Part shown: positions 1 to 14,300 of the stretch, piece after piece
Numbering within the stretch: the stretch's first letter is position 1
How the letters are laid out: each line of letters opens with the position of its first letter
Source of the DNA: Eledone cirrhosa
Lineage: Eukaryota
Reading direction: 5' to 3'
DNA: 64,000 bases
Assembly: GCA_964016885.1 (NCBI GenBank)
Contig: OZ024740.1
Span: 28,272,001 to 28,336,000, forward strand
Position numbers and translations under genes: made by a program
Notes under the pieces: generated by a model
What the model was told of the DNA's origin: nothing
Databases searched by the model: none
Seen by the model: only the letters and a program-made list of their open reading frames with translations

Positions 1-566
1 GTGATTTTCATGACTATGTGATTTTCCTGACAATATGTGATTTTCCTGAGTATATGTGATTTTCCTGAGTATGTGTGATTTTACTGAGTATATGTGATTT
101 TCTTGAGTATATGTGATTTTCCTGAGTATATGTGATTTCCCTGAGTATATGTGATTTTCCTGACTATTTGTGATTTTCCTGACTATGTGATTTTCTTGAC
201 TATATGTGATTTTCCTGAGTATATGTGATTTTCATGAGTATATGTGATATTCCTGAGTATATGTGATTTTCCTGACTATATGTGATTTTCCTGAGTATAT
301 GTGATCTTCCTGAGTATATGTGATTTTCCTGACTATATGTGATTTTCCTGAGTATATGTGATTTCCCTGACTATATGTGATTTTCCTGAGTATATGTAAT
401 TTCCCTGAGTATATGTGATTTTCCTGAGTATATGTGATTTCCCTGACTATATGTGATTTTCATGATTATATGTGATCTTCCTGAGTATATGTGATTTTCC
501 TGAGTATATGTGATTTCCCTGAGTATATGTGATTTTCATGAGTATATGTGATTTTCCTGAGTATAC

Positions 567-3500
567 GTGATTTTCATGACTATGTGATTTTCCTGACAAT
601 ATGTGATTTTCCTGAGTATATGTGATTTTCCTGAGTATGTGTGATTTTACTGAGTATATGTGATTTTCTTGAGTATATGTGATTTTCCTGAGTATATGTG
701 ATTTCCCTGAGTATATGTGATTTTCCTGACTATTTGTGATTTTCCTGACTATGTGATTTTCTTGACTATATGTGATTTTCCTGAGTATATGTGATTTTCA
801 TGAGTATATGTGATATTCCTGAGTATATGTGATTTTCCTGACTATATGTGATTTTCCTGAGTATATGTGATCTTCCTGAGTATATGTGATTTTCCTGAGT
901 ATATGCGATTTTCCTGAGTATATGTGATTTTCCTGAGTATATGAAATTTCCCTGAGTATATGTGATTTTCCTGACTATTTGTGATTTTCCTGACTATGTG
1001 ATTTTCTTGACTATATGTGATTTTCCTGAGTATATGTGATTTTCCTGACTATATGTGATTTTCCTGAGTATATAAAATTTCCCTGAGTATATGTGATTTT
1101 CCTGAGTATATGTGATTTTCCTGACTATATGTGATTTTCCTGAGTATATGTGATTTCCCTGACTATATGTGATTTTCCTGAGTATATGTAATTTCCCTGA
1201 GTATATGTGATTTTCCTGAGTATATGTGATCTCCTGACTATATGTGATTTTCCTGAGTATATGTGATTTCCCTGACTATATGTGATTTCCTTGAGTATAT
1301 GTGATTTTCCTGAGTATATGTGATTTTTCTGTGTATATGTGATTTCCCTGACTATATGTGATTTTCATGATTATATGTGATCTTCCTGAGTATATGTGAT
1401 TTTCCTGAGTATATGTGATTTCCTTGAGTATATGTGATTTTCCTGAGTATATGTGATTTTCATGACTATATGTGATTTTCCTGAGTATATGTGATCTTTC
1501 TGAGTATATGTGATTTTCCTGAGTATAGGCGATTTTCCTGAGTATATGTTATTTCCCTGAATATATGTGATTTTCCTGAATATATGTGATTTTCCTGAGT
1601 ATATGTTATTTCCCTGACTATATGTGATTTTCCTGAGTATATGTGATTTCCCTGACTATAGGTGATTTTCCTGAGTATATGTAATTTCCCTGAGAATATG
1701 TGATTTTCCTCAGTATATGTGATTTTCTTGAGTATATGTGATTTTCCTGAGTATATGTGATTTCCCTGAGTATATGTGATTTTCCTGACTATTTGTGATT
1801 TTCCTGACTATGTGATTTTCTTGACTATATGTGATTTTCCTGAGTATATGTGATTTTGCTGACTATATGTGATTTTCCTGAGTATATGTGATTTTCCTGA
1901 CTTTATGTGATTTTCCTGAGTATATGTGATTTTCATGACTATATGTGATTTTCCTGAGTATATGTGATTTTCATGACTATATGTGATTTTCCTGACAATA
2001 TGTGATTTTCCTGAGTATGTGTGATTTTCATGAGTATATGTGATTTTCATGAGTATACGTGATTTTCCTGAGTATATGTAATTTCTTTGAGTATATGTGA
2101 TTTCTCTGACTATATGTGATGTTCCTGAGTATATGTGATCTTCCTGAGTATATGTGATTTTCCTGAGTATAGGCGATTTTCCTGAGTATATGTGATTTTT
2201 CTGACTATATGTGATCTTCCTGAGTATATGTGATTTCCCTGAGTATATGTGATTTTCCTGAGTATATATGATTTTCCTGAGTATATGTGATTTTCTTGAG
2301 TATATGTGATTTCCCTGAATATATGTGATTTTCCAGAGTATATGTGATTATTCTGTGTATATATAATTTTCCTGAGTATATGTGACTTTCCTGAGTATAT
2401 GTGATTTCCCTGAGTATATGTGATTTTCCTCAGTATATGTGATTTTCCTGACAATATTTGATTTTCCTGAGTATATGTGATTTTCCTGAGTATATGTGAT
2501 TTTCCTGAGTATATGTGATTTTCTTGAGTATATGTGATTTTCCTGAGTATATGTGATTTCCCTGAGTATATGTGATTTTCCTGACTATTCGTGATTTTCC
2601 TGACTATGTGATTTTCTTGACTATATGTGATTTTCCTGAGTATATGTGATTTTCCTGACTATATGTGATTTTCCTGAGTATATAAAATTTCCCTGAGTAT
2701 ATGTGATTTTCCTGAGTATATGTGATTTTCCTGACTATATGTGATTTTCCTGAGTATATGTGATTTCCCTGACTATATGTGATTTTCCTGAGTATATGTA
2801 ATTTCCCTGAGTATATGTGATTTTCCTGAGTATATGTGATTTTCCTGAGTATATGTGATTTTCCTGACTATATGTGATTTTCCTGAGTATATGTGATTTC
2901 CCTGACTATATGTGATTTTCCTGAGTATATGTAATTTCTCTGAGTATATGTGATTTTCCTGAGTATATGTGATCTCCTGACTATATGTGATTTTCCTGAG
3001 TATATGTGATTTCCCTGACTATATGTGATTTCCCTGAGTATATGTGATTTTCCTGAGTATATGTGATTTTCCTGAGTATATGTGATTTCCCTGACTATAT
3101 GTGATTTTCATGATTATATGTGATCTTCCTGAGTATATGTGATTTTCCTGAGTATATGTGATTTCCCTGAGTATATGTGATTTTCCTGAGTATATGTGAT
3201 TTTCATGACTATATGTGATTTTCCTGAGTATATGTGATTTTCATGATTATGTGATTTTCCTGACAATATGTGATTTTCCTGAGTATATGTGATTTTCCTG
3301 AGTATATGTGATTTTCCTGAGTATATGTGATTTTCTTGAGTATATGTGATTTTCCTGAGTATATGTGATTTCCCTGAGTATATGTGATTTTCCTGACTAT
3401 TTGTGATTTTCCTGACTATATGTGATTTTCCTGAGTATATGTGATTTTGCTGACTATATGTGATTTTCCTGAGTATATAAAATTTCCCTGAGTATATGTG

Positions 3501-4888
3501 ATTTTCCTGAGTATATGTGATTTTCCTGACTATATGTGCTTTTCCTGAGTATATGTGATTTTCCTGACTATTCGTGATTTTCCTGACTATGTGATTTTCT
3601 TGACTATATGTGATTTTCCTGAGTATATAAAATTTCCCTGAGTATATGTGATTTTCCTGAGTATATGTGATTTTCCTGACTATATGTGATTTTCCTGAGT
3701 ATATGTGATTTCCCTGACTATATGTGATTTTCCTGAGTATATGTAATTTCCCTGAGTATATGTGATTTTCCTGAGTATATGTGATTTCCCTGACTATATG
3801 TGATTTTCATGATTATATGTGATCTTCCTGAGTATACGTGATTTTCATGACTATGTGATTTTCCTGACAATATGTGATTTTCCTGAGTATATGTGATTTT
3901 CCTGAGTATGTGTGATTTTACTGAGTATATGTGATTTTCTTGAGTATATGTGATTTTCCTGAGTATATGTGATTTCCCTGAGTATATGTGATTTTCCTGA
4001 CTATTTGTGATTTTCCTGACTATGTGATTTTCTTGACTATATGTGATTTTCCTGAGTATATGTGATTTTCATGAGTATATGTGATATTCCTGAGTATATG
4101 TGATTTTCCTGACTATATGTGATTTTCCTGAGTATATGTGATCTTCCTGAGTATATGTGATTTTCCTGAGTATATGCGATTTTCCTGAGTATATGTGATT
4201 TTCCTGAGTATATGAAATTTCCCTGAGTATATGTGATTTTCCTGACTATTTGTGATTTTCCTGACTATGTGATTTTCTTGACTATATGTGATTTTCCTGA
4301 GTATATGTGATTTTCCTGACTATATGTGATTTTCCTGAGTATATAAAATTTCCCTGAGTATATGTGATTTTCCTGAGTATATGTGATTTTCCTGACTATA
4401 TGTGATTTTCCTGAGTATATGTGATTTCCCTGACTATATGTGATTTTCCTGAGTATATGTAATTTCCCTGAGTATATGTGATTTTCCTGAGTATATGTGA
4501 TCTCCTGACTATATGTGATTTTCCCGAGTATATGTGATTTCCCTGACTATATGTGATTTCCCTGAGTATATGTGATTTTCCTGAGTATATGTGATTTTCC
4601 TGTGTATATGTGATTTCCCTGACTATATGTGATTTTCATGATTATATGTGATCTTCCTGAGTATATGTGATTTTCCTGAGTATATGTGATTTCCTTGAGT
4701 ATATGTGATTTTCCTGAGTATATGTGATTTTCATGACTATATGTGATTTTCCTGAGTATATGTGATCTTTCTGAGTATATGTGATTTTCCTGAGTATAGG
4801 CGATTTTCCTGAGTATATGTTATTTCCCTGAATATATGTGATTTTCCTGAATATATGTGATTTTCCTGAGTATATGTTATTTCCCTGA
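567..4888 (+). repeat. Duplication of about 1.05 kb (about 567-1617 / about 3838-4888; offset 3271); its first ~320 bp also appears at 1-320 (offset 566)
   Basis: The variant string gtatgtgtgattttactgag occurs at about 69, 635 and 3906. gatctttctgag...tataggcg...gttatttccctgaa occurs at about 1493-1561 and about 4764-4832. Confidence 0.8.
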
Positions 4889-7800
4889 ATATATGTGATT
4901 TTCCTTAGTATATGTGATTTTCCTGTGTATATATGATTTTCCTGAGTATATGTGATTTTCATGAGTATATGTGAATTCCCTGAGTATATGAGATTTTCAT
5001 GAGTATATGTGATTTCACTAGGTATATGTGATTTTCCTGACTATATTTGATTTTCCTGACTATATGTGATTTTCCTGAGTATATGTGATTTTCCTGAGTA
5101 TATGTGATTTCCATGAGTATATGTGATTTTCCTGAGTATTTGTGATTTTCCTGACTGTATGTGTTTTCCTGACTATATGTGATTTTCCTGAGTATATGTG
5201 ATTTTCCTGACTATATGTGATTTTCCTGAGTATATGTAATTTCCCTGAGTATATGTGATTTTCCTGAGTATATGTGATCTCCTGACTATATGTGATTTTC
5301 CTGAGTATATGTGATTTCCCTGACTATATGTGATTTCCCTGAGTATATGTGATTTTCCTGAGTATATGTGATTTTCCTGAGTATATGTGATTTCCCTGAC
5401 TATATGTGATTTTCGTGATTATATGTGATCTTCCTGAGTATATGTGATTTTCCTAAGTATATGTGATTTCCCTGAGTATATGTGATTTTCCTGAGTATAT
5501 GTGATTTTCATCACTATATGTGATTTTCCTGAGTATATGTGATTTTCATGACTATGTGATTTTCCTGACAATATGTGATTTTCCTGAGTATATGTGATTT
5601 TCCTGAGTATATGAGATTTTCCTGAGTATATGTGATTTTCTTGAGTATATGTGATTTTCCTGAGTATATGTCATTTCCCTGAGTATATGTGATTTTCCTG
5701 ACTATTTGTGATTTTCCTGACTATGTGATTTTCTTGACTATATGTGATTTTCCTGAGTATATGTGATTTTCCTGACTATATGTGATTTTCCTGAGTATAT
5801 AAAATTTCCCTGAGTATATGTGATTTTCCTGAGTATATGTGATTTTCCTGACTATATGTGATTTTCCTGAGTATATGTGATTTCCCTGTCTATATGTGAT
5901 TTCCCGGAGTATATGTGATTTCCATGAGTATATGTGATTTTCCTGAGTATATGTGATCTTCCTGAGTAAATGTGATTTTCCTGAGTATATGTGATTTTCC
6001 TGCGTATATGTGATCTTCCTGAGTATATGTGATTTACCTGAGTATATGTGATTTCCCTGAGTATGTGTGATTTTCCTGAGTATATGTGATTTTTCTGACT
6101 ATATGTGATTTTCCTGAGTATACGTGATTTTCCTGACTATATGTGATTTTCCTGAGTATATGTGATTTTCCTGACTATATGTGATTTTCCTGACAATATG
6201 TGATTTTCCTGACAATATGTGATTTTCCTGAGTATGTGTGATTTCCCTGAGTATATGTGATTTTCCTGACTATATGTGATTTTCCTGAGTATATGTGATC
6301 TTCCTGAGTATATGTGATTTTCCTGAGTATATGCGATTTTCCTGAGTATATGTGATTTTCCTGAGTATATGTGATTTATTTGAGTATATGTGATTTCCCT
6401 GACTATATGTGATTTTCCTGAGTATATGTGATTTCCCTGAGTATATGTGATTTTCCTGAGTATATGTTATTTTCCTGAGTATTTGATTTTCCTGACTATT
6501 TGTGATTTTCCTGACTATATGTGATTTTCCTGAGTATATCTGATCTTCCTGAGTATATGTGATTTTCCTGAGTATATGCGATTTTCCTGAGTATATGTGA
6601 TTTTCCTGACTATATGTGATCTTTCTGAGTATATGTGATTTCCCTGAGTATATGTGATTTTGCTGACTATTTGTGATTTTCCTGAGTATATGTGATTTCC
6701 CTAACTATATGTGATATTCCTGAGTATATGTGATATTCCTGAGTATATGTGATTTTCCTGAGTATAGGCGATTTTCCTGAGTATACGTGATTTTGCTGAC
6801 TATATGTGATCTTCCTCAGTACATGTGATTTCCCGCAATATATGTGATTTTCCTGAGTGTATGTGATCTCCCTGAATATATGTGATTTTCCTGAGTATAT
6901 GTGATTTTCCTGAGTATATGTGATTTCCCTGAGTATATGTGATTTTCCTGAGTATATGTGATTTTCCTGAGTATATGTGATTTCCCTGACTATATGTGAT
7001 TTCCCTGACGATATGTGATTTTCCTAACTATATGTGATTTTCCTGACTATAAGAGATTTTCCTGAGTATATGTGATTTTCCTGACTATATGTAATTTTCC
7101 TGAGTATATGTGATTTACCTGACTAGAAGTGATTTTTCTGAGTATATGTGATTTCCCTGACTATATGTGATTTTCCTGAATATATGTGATTTTCTTGACA
7201 ATATGTGATTTTCCTGAGTATATGTGATTTTCCTGAGTATATGTGATTTCCCTGAGTATATGTGATTTTCCTGGCTATATGTGATTTTCCTGAGTATATG
7301 TGATTTTCCTGCGTATATGTGATTTTCCTGAGTATATGTGATTTCCCTGAGTATATATGATTTAACTGAGTATACGTGATTTTCCTGAGTATATGTAATT
7401 CCTTTGAGTATATGTGATTTCCCTGACTATATGTGATGTTCCTGAGTATATGTGATCTTCCTGAGTATATGTGATTTTCCTGAGTATAGGCGATTTTCCT
7501 GAGTATATGTGATTTTTCTGACTATATGTGATCTTCCTGAGTATATGTGATTTCCCTGAGTATATGTGATTTTCCTGAGTATATATGATTTTCCTGAGTA
7601 TATGTGATTTTCCTGAGTATATGTGATTTTCCTGAGTATATGTGATTTTCTTGAGTATATGTGATTTTCCTGAGTATATGTGATTTTCCTGAGTATATGT
7701 GATTTTCCTGACTATTTGTGATTTTCCTGACTATGTGATTTTCTTGACTATATGTGATTTTCCTGAGTATATGTGATTTTCCTGACTATATGTGATTTTC

Positions 7801-8364
7801 CTGAGTATATAACATTTCCCAGGGTATATGTGATTTTCCTGAGTATATGTAATTTCCCTGAGTATATGTGATTTTCCTGAGTATATGTGATCTCCTGACT
7901 ATATGTGATTTTCCTGAGTATATGTGATTTCCCTGAGTATATGTGATTTCCCTGAGTATATGTGATCTTCCTGAGTATACGTGATTTTCCTGAGTATATG
8001 TGATTTCCTTGAGTATATGTTATTTTCCTCAGTATATGTGATTTTCATGACTATATGTGATTTTCCTGAGTATATGTGATTTTCATGACTATGTGATTTT
8101 CCTGACAATATGTGATTTTCCTGAGTATATGTGATCTTCCTGAGTATATATGATTTTCATGAGTATATGTGATTTTCATGAGTATATGTGATTTCCCTGA
8201 ATATATGTGATTTTCCAGAGTATATGTGATTTTTCTGTGTATATATAATTTTCCTGAGTATATATGACTTTCCTGAGTATATGTGATTTCCCTGAGTATA
8301 TGTGATTTTCTTCAGTATACGTGATTTTCCTGACAATATTTGATTTTCCTGAGTATATGTGATT

Positions 8365-11300
8365 TTCCTGAGTATATGTGATTTTCCTGAGTATATGTGA
8401 TTTTCTTGAGTATATGTGATTTTCCTGAGTATATGTGATTTCCCTGAGTATATGTGATTTTCCTGACTATTTGTGATTTTCCTGACTATGTGATTTTCTT
8501 GACTATATGTGATTTTCCTGAGTATATAATATTTCCCTGAGTATATGTGATTTTCCTGAGTATATGTGATTTTCCTGACTATATGTGATTTTCCTGAGTA
8601 TATGTGATTTCCCTGACTATATGTGATTTTCCTGAGTATATGTAATTTCCCTGAGTATATGTGATTTTCCTGAGTATATGTGATCTCCTGACTATATGTG
8701 ATTTTCCTGAGTATATGTGATTTCCCTGACTATATGTGATTTCCCTGAGTATATGTGATTTTCCTGAGTATATGTGATTTCCCTGAGTATATGTGATTTT
8801 CCTGAGTATATGTTATTATCCTGAGTAATTGATTTTCCTGACTATTTGTGATTTTCCTGACTATATGTGATTTTCCTGAGTATATGTGATCTTCCTGAGT
8901 ATATGTGATTTTCCTGAGTATATGCGATTTTCCTGAGTATATGTGATTTTCCTGACTATATGTGATTTTCCTGAGTATATGTGATTTTCCTGAGTATATG
9001 TGATTTTGCTGACTATATGTGATTTTCCTGAGTATATGTGATTTCCCTGAGTATATGTGATTTCCTGACTATATGTGATTTTCCTGAGTATATGTGATTT
9101 TCCTGACTATTTGTGATTTTCCTGAGTATATGTGATTTTCCTGACTATATGTGATTTTCCTGACAATATTTGATTTTCCTGAGTATGTGTGATTTCCCTG
9201 AGTATATGTGATTTTCATGAGTATATGTGATATTCCTGAGTATATGTGATTTTTCTGATTATATGTGATTTTCCTGAGTATATGTGATCTTCCTGAGTAT
9301 ATGTGATTTTCCTGAGTATATGCGATTTTCCTGAGTATATGTGATTTTCCTGAGTATATGAAATTTCCCTGAGTATATGTGATTTTCCTGACTATTTGTG
9401 ATTTTCCTGACTATGTGATTTTCTTGACTATATGTGATTTTCCTGAGTATATGTGATTTTCCTGACTATATGTGATTTTCCTGAGTATATGTGATTTCCC
9501 TGGCTATATGAGATTTTCCTGAGTATATGTAATTTCCCTGAGTATATGTGATTTTCCTGAGTATATTTGATCTCCTGACTATATGTGATTTTCCTGAGTA
9601 TATGTGATTTTCCTGAGTATATGTGATCTTCCTGAGTATATGTGATTTTCCTGAGTATATGTGATTTCCCTGAGTATATGTGATTTTCCTGACTATTTGT
9701 GATTTTCCTGACTATGTGATTTTCTTGACTATATGTGATTTTCTTGAGTATATGTGATTTTGCTGACTATATGTGATTTTCCTGAGTATATAAAATTTCC
9801 CTGAGTATATGTGATTTTCCTGAGTATATGTGATTTTCCTGACTATATGTGCTTTTCCTGAGTATATGTGATTTCCCTGACTATATGTGATTTCCCGGAG
9901 TATATGTGATTTTCATGAGTATATGTGATTTTCCTGAGTATATGTGATCTTCCTGAGTATATGTGATTTTCCTGAGTATATGTGATTTTCCTGAGTATAT
10001 GTGATCTTCCTGAGTATATGTGATTTTCCTGAGTATATGTGATTTCCCTGAGTATATGTGATTTTCCTGAGTATATGTGATTTTCCTGACTTTATGTGAT
10101 TTTCCTGAGTATATGTGATTTTCATGACTATATGTGATTTTCCTGAGTATATGTGATTTTCCTGACTATATGTGATTTTCCTGAGTATATGTGATTTTCC
10201 TGAGTATGTGTGATTTTGCTGACTATATGTGATTTTCCTGAGTATATGTGATTTCCCTGAGTATATGTGATTTTCCTGAGTATATGTGATTTTCCTGACT
10301 ATATGTGATTTTCCTGAGTATATGTGATTTTCCTGACTATATGTGATTTTCCTGAGTATATGTGATTTTCCTGACTATATGTGATTTTCCTGACAATATG
10401 TGATTTTCCTGAGTATGTGTGATTTCCCTGAGTATATGTGATTTTCATGAGTATATGTGATATTCCTGAGTATATGTGATTTTTCTGACTATATGTGATT
10501 TTCCTGAGTATATGTGATCTTCCTGAGTATATGTGATTTTCCTGAGTATATGCGATTTTCCTGAGTATATGTGATTTTCCTGAGTATATGAAATTTCCCT
10601 GAGTATATGTGATTTTCCTGACTATTTGTGATTTTCCTGACTATGTGATTTTCTTGACTATATGTGATTTTCCTGAGTATATGTGATTTTCCTGACAATA
10701 TGTGATTTTCCTGAGTATATAAAATTTCCCTGAGTAAATGTGATTTTCCTGAGTATATGTGATTTTCCTGACTATATGTGATTTTCATGAGTATATGTGA
10801 TTTCCCTGACTATATGAGATTTTCCTGAGTATATGTAATTTCCCTGAGTATATGTGATTTTCCTGAGTATATGTGATCTCCTGACTATATGTGATTTTCC
10901 TGAGTATGTGTGATTTTCCTGAGTATATGTGATCTTCCTGAGTATATGTGATTTTCCTGAGTATATGTGATTTCCCTGAGTATATGTGATTTTCCTGACT
11001 ATTTGTGATTTTCCTGACTATGTGATTTTCTTGACTATATGTGATTTTCCTGAGTATATGTGATTTTGCTGACTATATGTGATTTTCCTGAGTATATAAA
11101 ATTTCCCTGAGTATATGTGATTTTCCTGAGTATATGTGATTTTCCTGACTATATGTGCTTTTCCTGAGTATATGTGATTTCCCTGACTATATGTGATTTC
11201 CCGGAGTATATGTGATTTTCATGAGTATATGTGATTTTCCTGAGTATATGTGATCTTCCTGAGTATATGTGATTTTCCTGAGTATATGTGATTTTCCTGA

Positions 11301-14300
11301 GTATATGTGATCTTCCTGAGTATATGTGATTTTCCTGAGTATATGTGATTTCCCTGAGTATATGTGATTTTCCTGAGTATATGTGATTTTCCTGACTTTA
11401 TGTGATGTTGCTGAGTATATGTGATTTTCATGACTGTATGTGATTTTCCTGAGTATATGTGATTTTCCTGACTATATGTGATTTTCCTGACAATATGTGA
11501 TTTTCCTGAGTATATGTGATCTTCCTGAGTATATGTGATTTTCCTGAGTATATGTGATTTCCCTGAGTATATGTGATTTTCCTCAGTATATGTGATTTTC
11601 CTGACATTATTTGATTTTCCTGAGTATATGTGATTTTCCTGAGTATATGTGATTTTCCTGAGTATATGTGATTTTCTTGAGTATATGTGATTTTCCTGAG
11701 TATATGTGATTTCCCTGAGTATATGTGATTTTCCTGACTATTTGTGATTTTCCTGACTATGTGATTTTCTTGACAATATGTGATTTTCCTGAGTATATGT
11801 GATTTTCCTGACTATATGTGATGTTCCTGAGTATATGTGATCTTCCTGAGTATATGTGATTTTCCTGAGTATAGGTGATTTTCCTGAGTATATGTGATTT
11901 TTCTGACTATATGTGATCTTCCTGAGTATATGTGATTTCCCTGAGTATATGTGATTTTCCTGAGTATATATGATTTTCCTGAGTATATGTGATTTTCCTG
12001 AGAATATGTGATTTCCCTGAATATATGTGATTTTTTCAGAGTATATGTGATTTTTCTGTGTATATATAATTTTCCTGAGTATATGTGACTTTCCTGAGTA
12101 TATGTGATTTCCCTGAATATATGTGATTTTCCTCAGTATATGTGATTTTCCTGACAATATTTGATTTTCCTGAGTATATGTGATTTTCCTGAGTATATGT
12201 GATTTTCCTGAGTATATGTGATTTTCTTGAGTATATGTGATTTTCCTGAGTATATGTGATTTTCCTGAGTATATGTGATTTCCCTGACTATATGTGATTT
12301 TCTTGAGTATATGTAATTTCCCTGAGTATATGTGATTTTCCTGAGTATATGTGATTTTCCTGACTATTTGTGATTTTCCTGACTATGTGATTTTCTTGAC
12401 TATATGTGATTTTCCTGAGTATATGTGATTTTCCTGACTATATGTGATTTTCCTGAGTATATAAAATTTCCCTAAGTATATGTGATTTTCATGAGTATAT
12501 GTGATTTTCCTGACTATATGTGATTTTCCTGAGTATATGTGATTTCCCTGACTATATGTGATTTTCCTGAGTATATGTAATTTCCCTGAGTATATGTGAT
12601 TTTCCTGAGTATATGTGATTTCCCTGACTATATGTGATTTTCATGATTATATGTGATCTTCCTGAGTATATGTGATTTTCCTGAGTATATGTGATTTCCC
12701 TGAGTATATGTGATTTTCCTGAGTATATGTGATTTTCATGACTATATGTGATTTTCCTGAGTATATGTGATTTTCATGACTATGTGATTTTCTTGACAAT
12801 ATGTGATTTTCCTGAGTATATGTGATTTTCCTGAGTATATGTGATTTTCCTGAGTATATGTGATTTTCTTGAGTATATGTGATTTTCCTGAGTATATGTG
12901 ATTTCCCTGAGTATATGTGATTTTTCTGACTATGTGATTTTCTTGACTATATGTGATTTTCCTGAGTATATGTGATTTTGCTGACTATATGTGATTTTCC
13001 TGAGTATATAAAATTTCCCTGAGTATATGTGATTTTCCTGAGTATATGTGATTTTCCTGACTATATGTGCTTTTCCTGAGTATATGTGATTTCCCTGACT
13101 ATATGTGATTTCCCGGAGTATATGTGATTTTCCTGAGTGTATGCGATTTTCCTGAGTGTATGTGATTTTCCTGACTATATGTGATTTTCCTGAGTATATG
13201 TGATTTTCCTGAGTATATGTGATTTTCCTGACTTAATGTGATTTTCCTGAGTATATGTGATTTCCCTGAGTATATGTGATTTTCCTGAGTATATGTGATT
13301 TTCCTGACTATATGTGATTTTCCTGAGTATATGTGATTTTCCTGAGTATATGTGATTTTCTTGAGTATATGTGATTTCCCTGAGTATATGTGATTTTCCT
13401 GAGTATTTGTGATTTTCCTGACTATGTGATTTTCTTGACTATATGTGATTTTCCTGAGTATATGTGATTTTCCTGACTATATGTGATTTTCCTGAGTATA
13501 TAAAATTTCCCTGAGTATATGTGATTTTCCTGAGTATATGTGATTTTCCTGACTATATGTGATTTTCCTGAGTATATGTGATTTCCCTGACTATATGTGA
13601 TTTTCCTGAGTATATGTAATTTCCCTGAGTATATGTGATTTTCCTGAGTATATGTGATTTCCCTGACTATATGTGATTTTCATGATTATATGTGATCTTC
13701 CTGAGTATATGTGATTTTCCTGAGTATATGTGATTTCCCTGTATATATGTGATTTTCCTGAGTATATGTGATTTTCATGACTATATGTGATTTTCCTGAG
13801 TATATGTGATTTTCATGACTATGTGATTTTCTTGACAATAATTATTTTCCTGAGTATATGTGATTTTCCTGAGTATATGTGATTTCCCTGAGTATATGTG
13901 ATTTTCCTGACTATTTGTGATTTTCCTGACTATGTGATTTTCTTGACTATATGTGATTTTCCTGAGTATATGTGATTTTGCTGACTATATGTGATTTTCC
14001 TGAGTATATAAAATTTCCCTGAGTATATGTGATTTTCCTGAGTATATGTGATTTTCCTGACTATATGTGCTTTTCCTGAGTATATGTGATTTCCCTGACT
14101 ATATGTGATTTCCCGGAGTATATGTGATTTTCATGAGTATATGTGATTTTCCTGAGTATATGTGATCTTCCTGAGTATATGTGATTTTCCTGAGTATATG
14201 TGATTTTCCTGAGTATATGTGATCTTCCTGAGTATATGTGATTTTCCTGAGTATATGTGATTTCCCTGAGTATATGTGATTTTCCTGAGTATATGTGATT

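Noticed and set aside
1069-1087. TATAAAA variant monomer as a TATA-box promoter
   Set aside because: It is a recurring satellite variant present in dozens of copies, with no downstream gene and no other promoter evidence.
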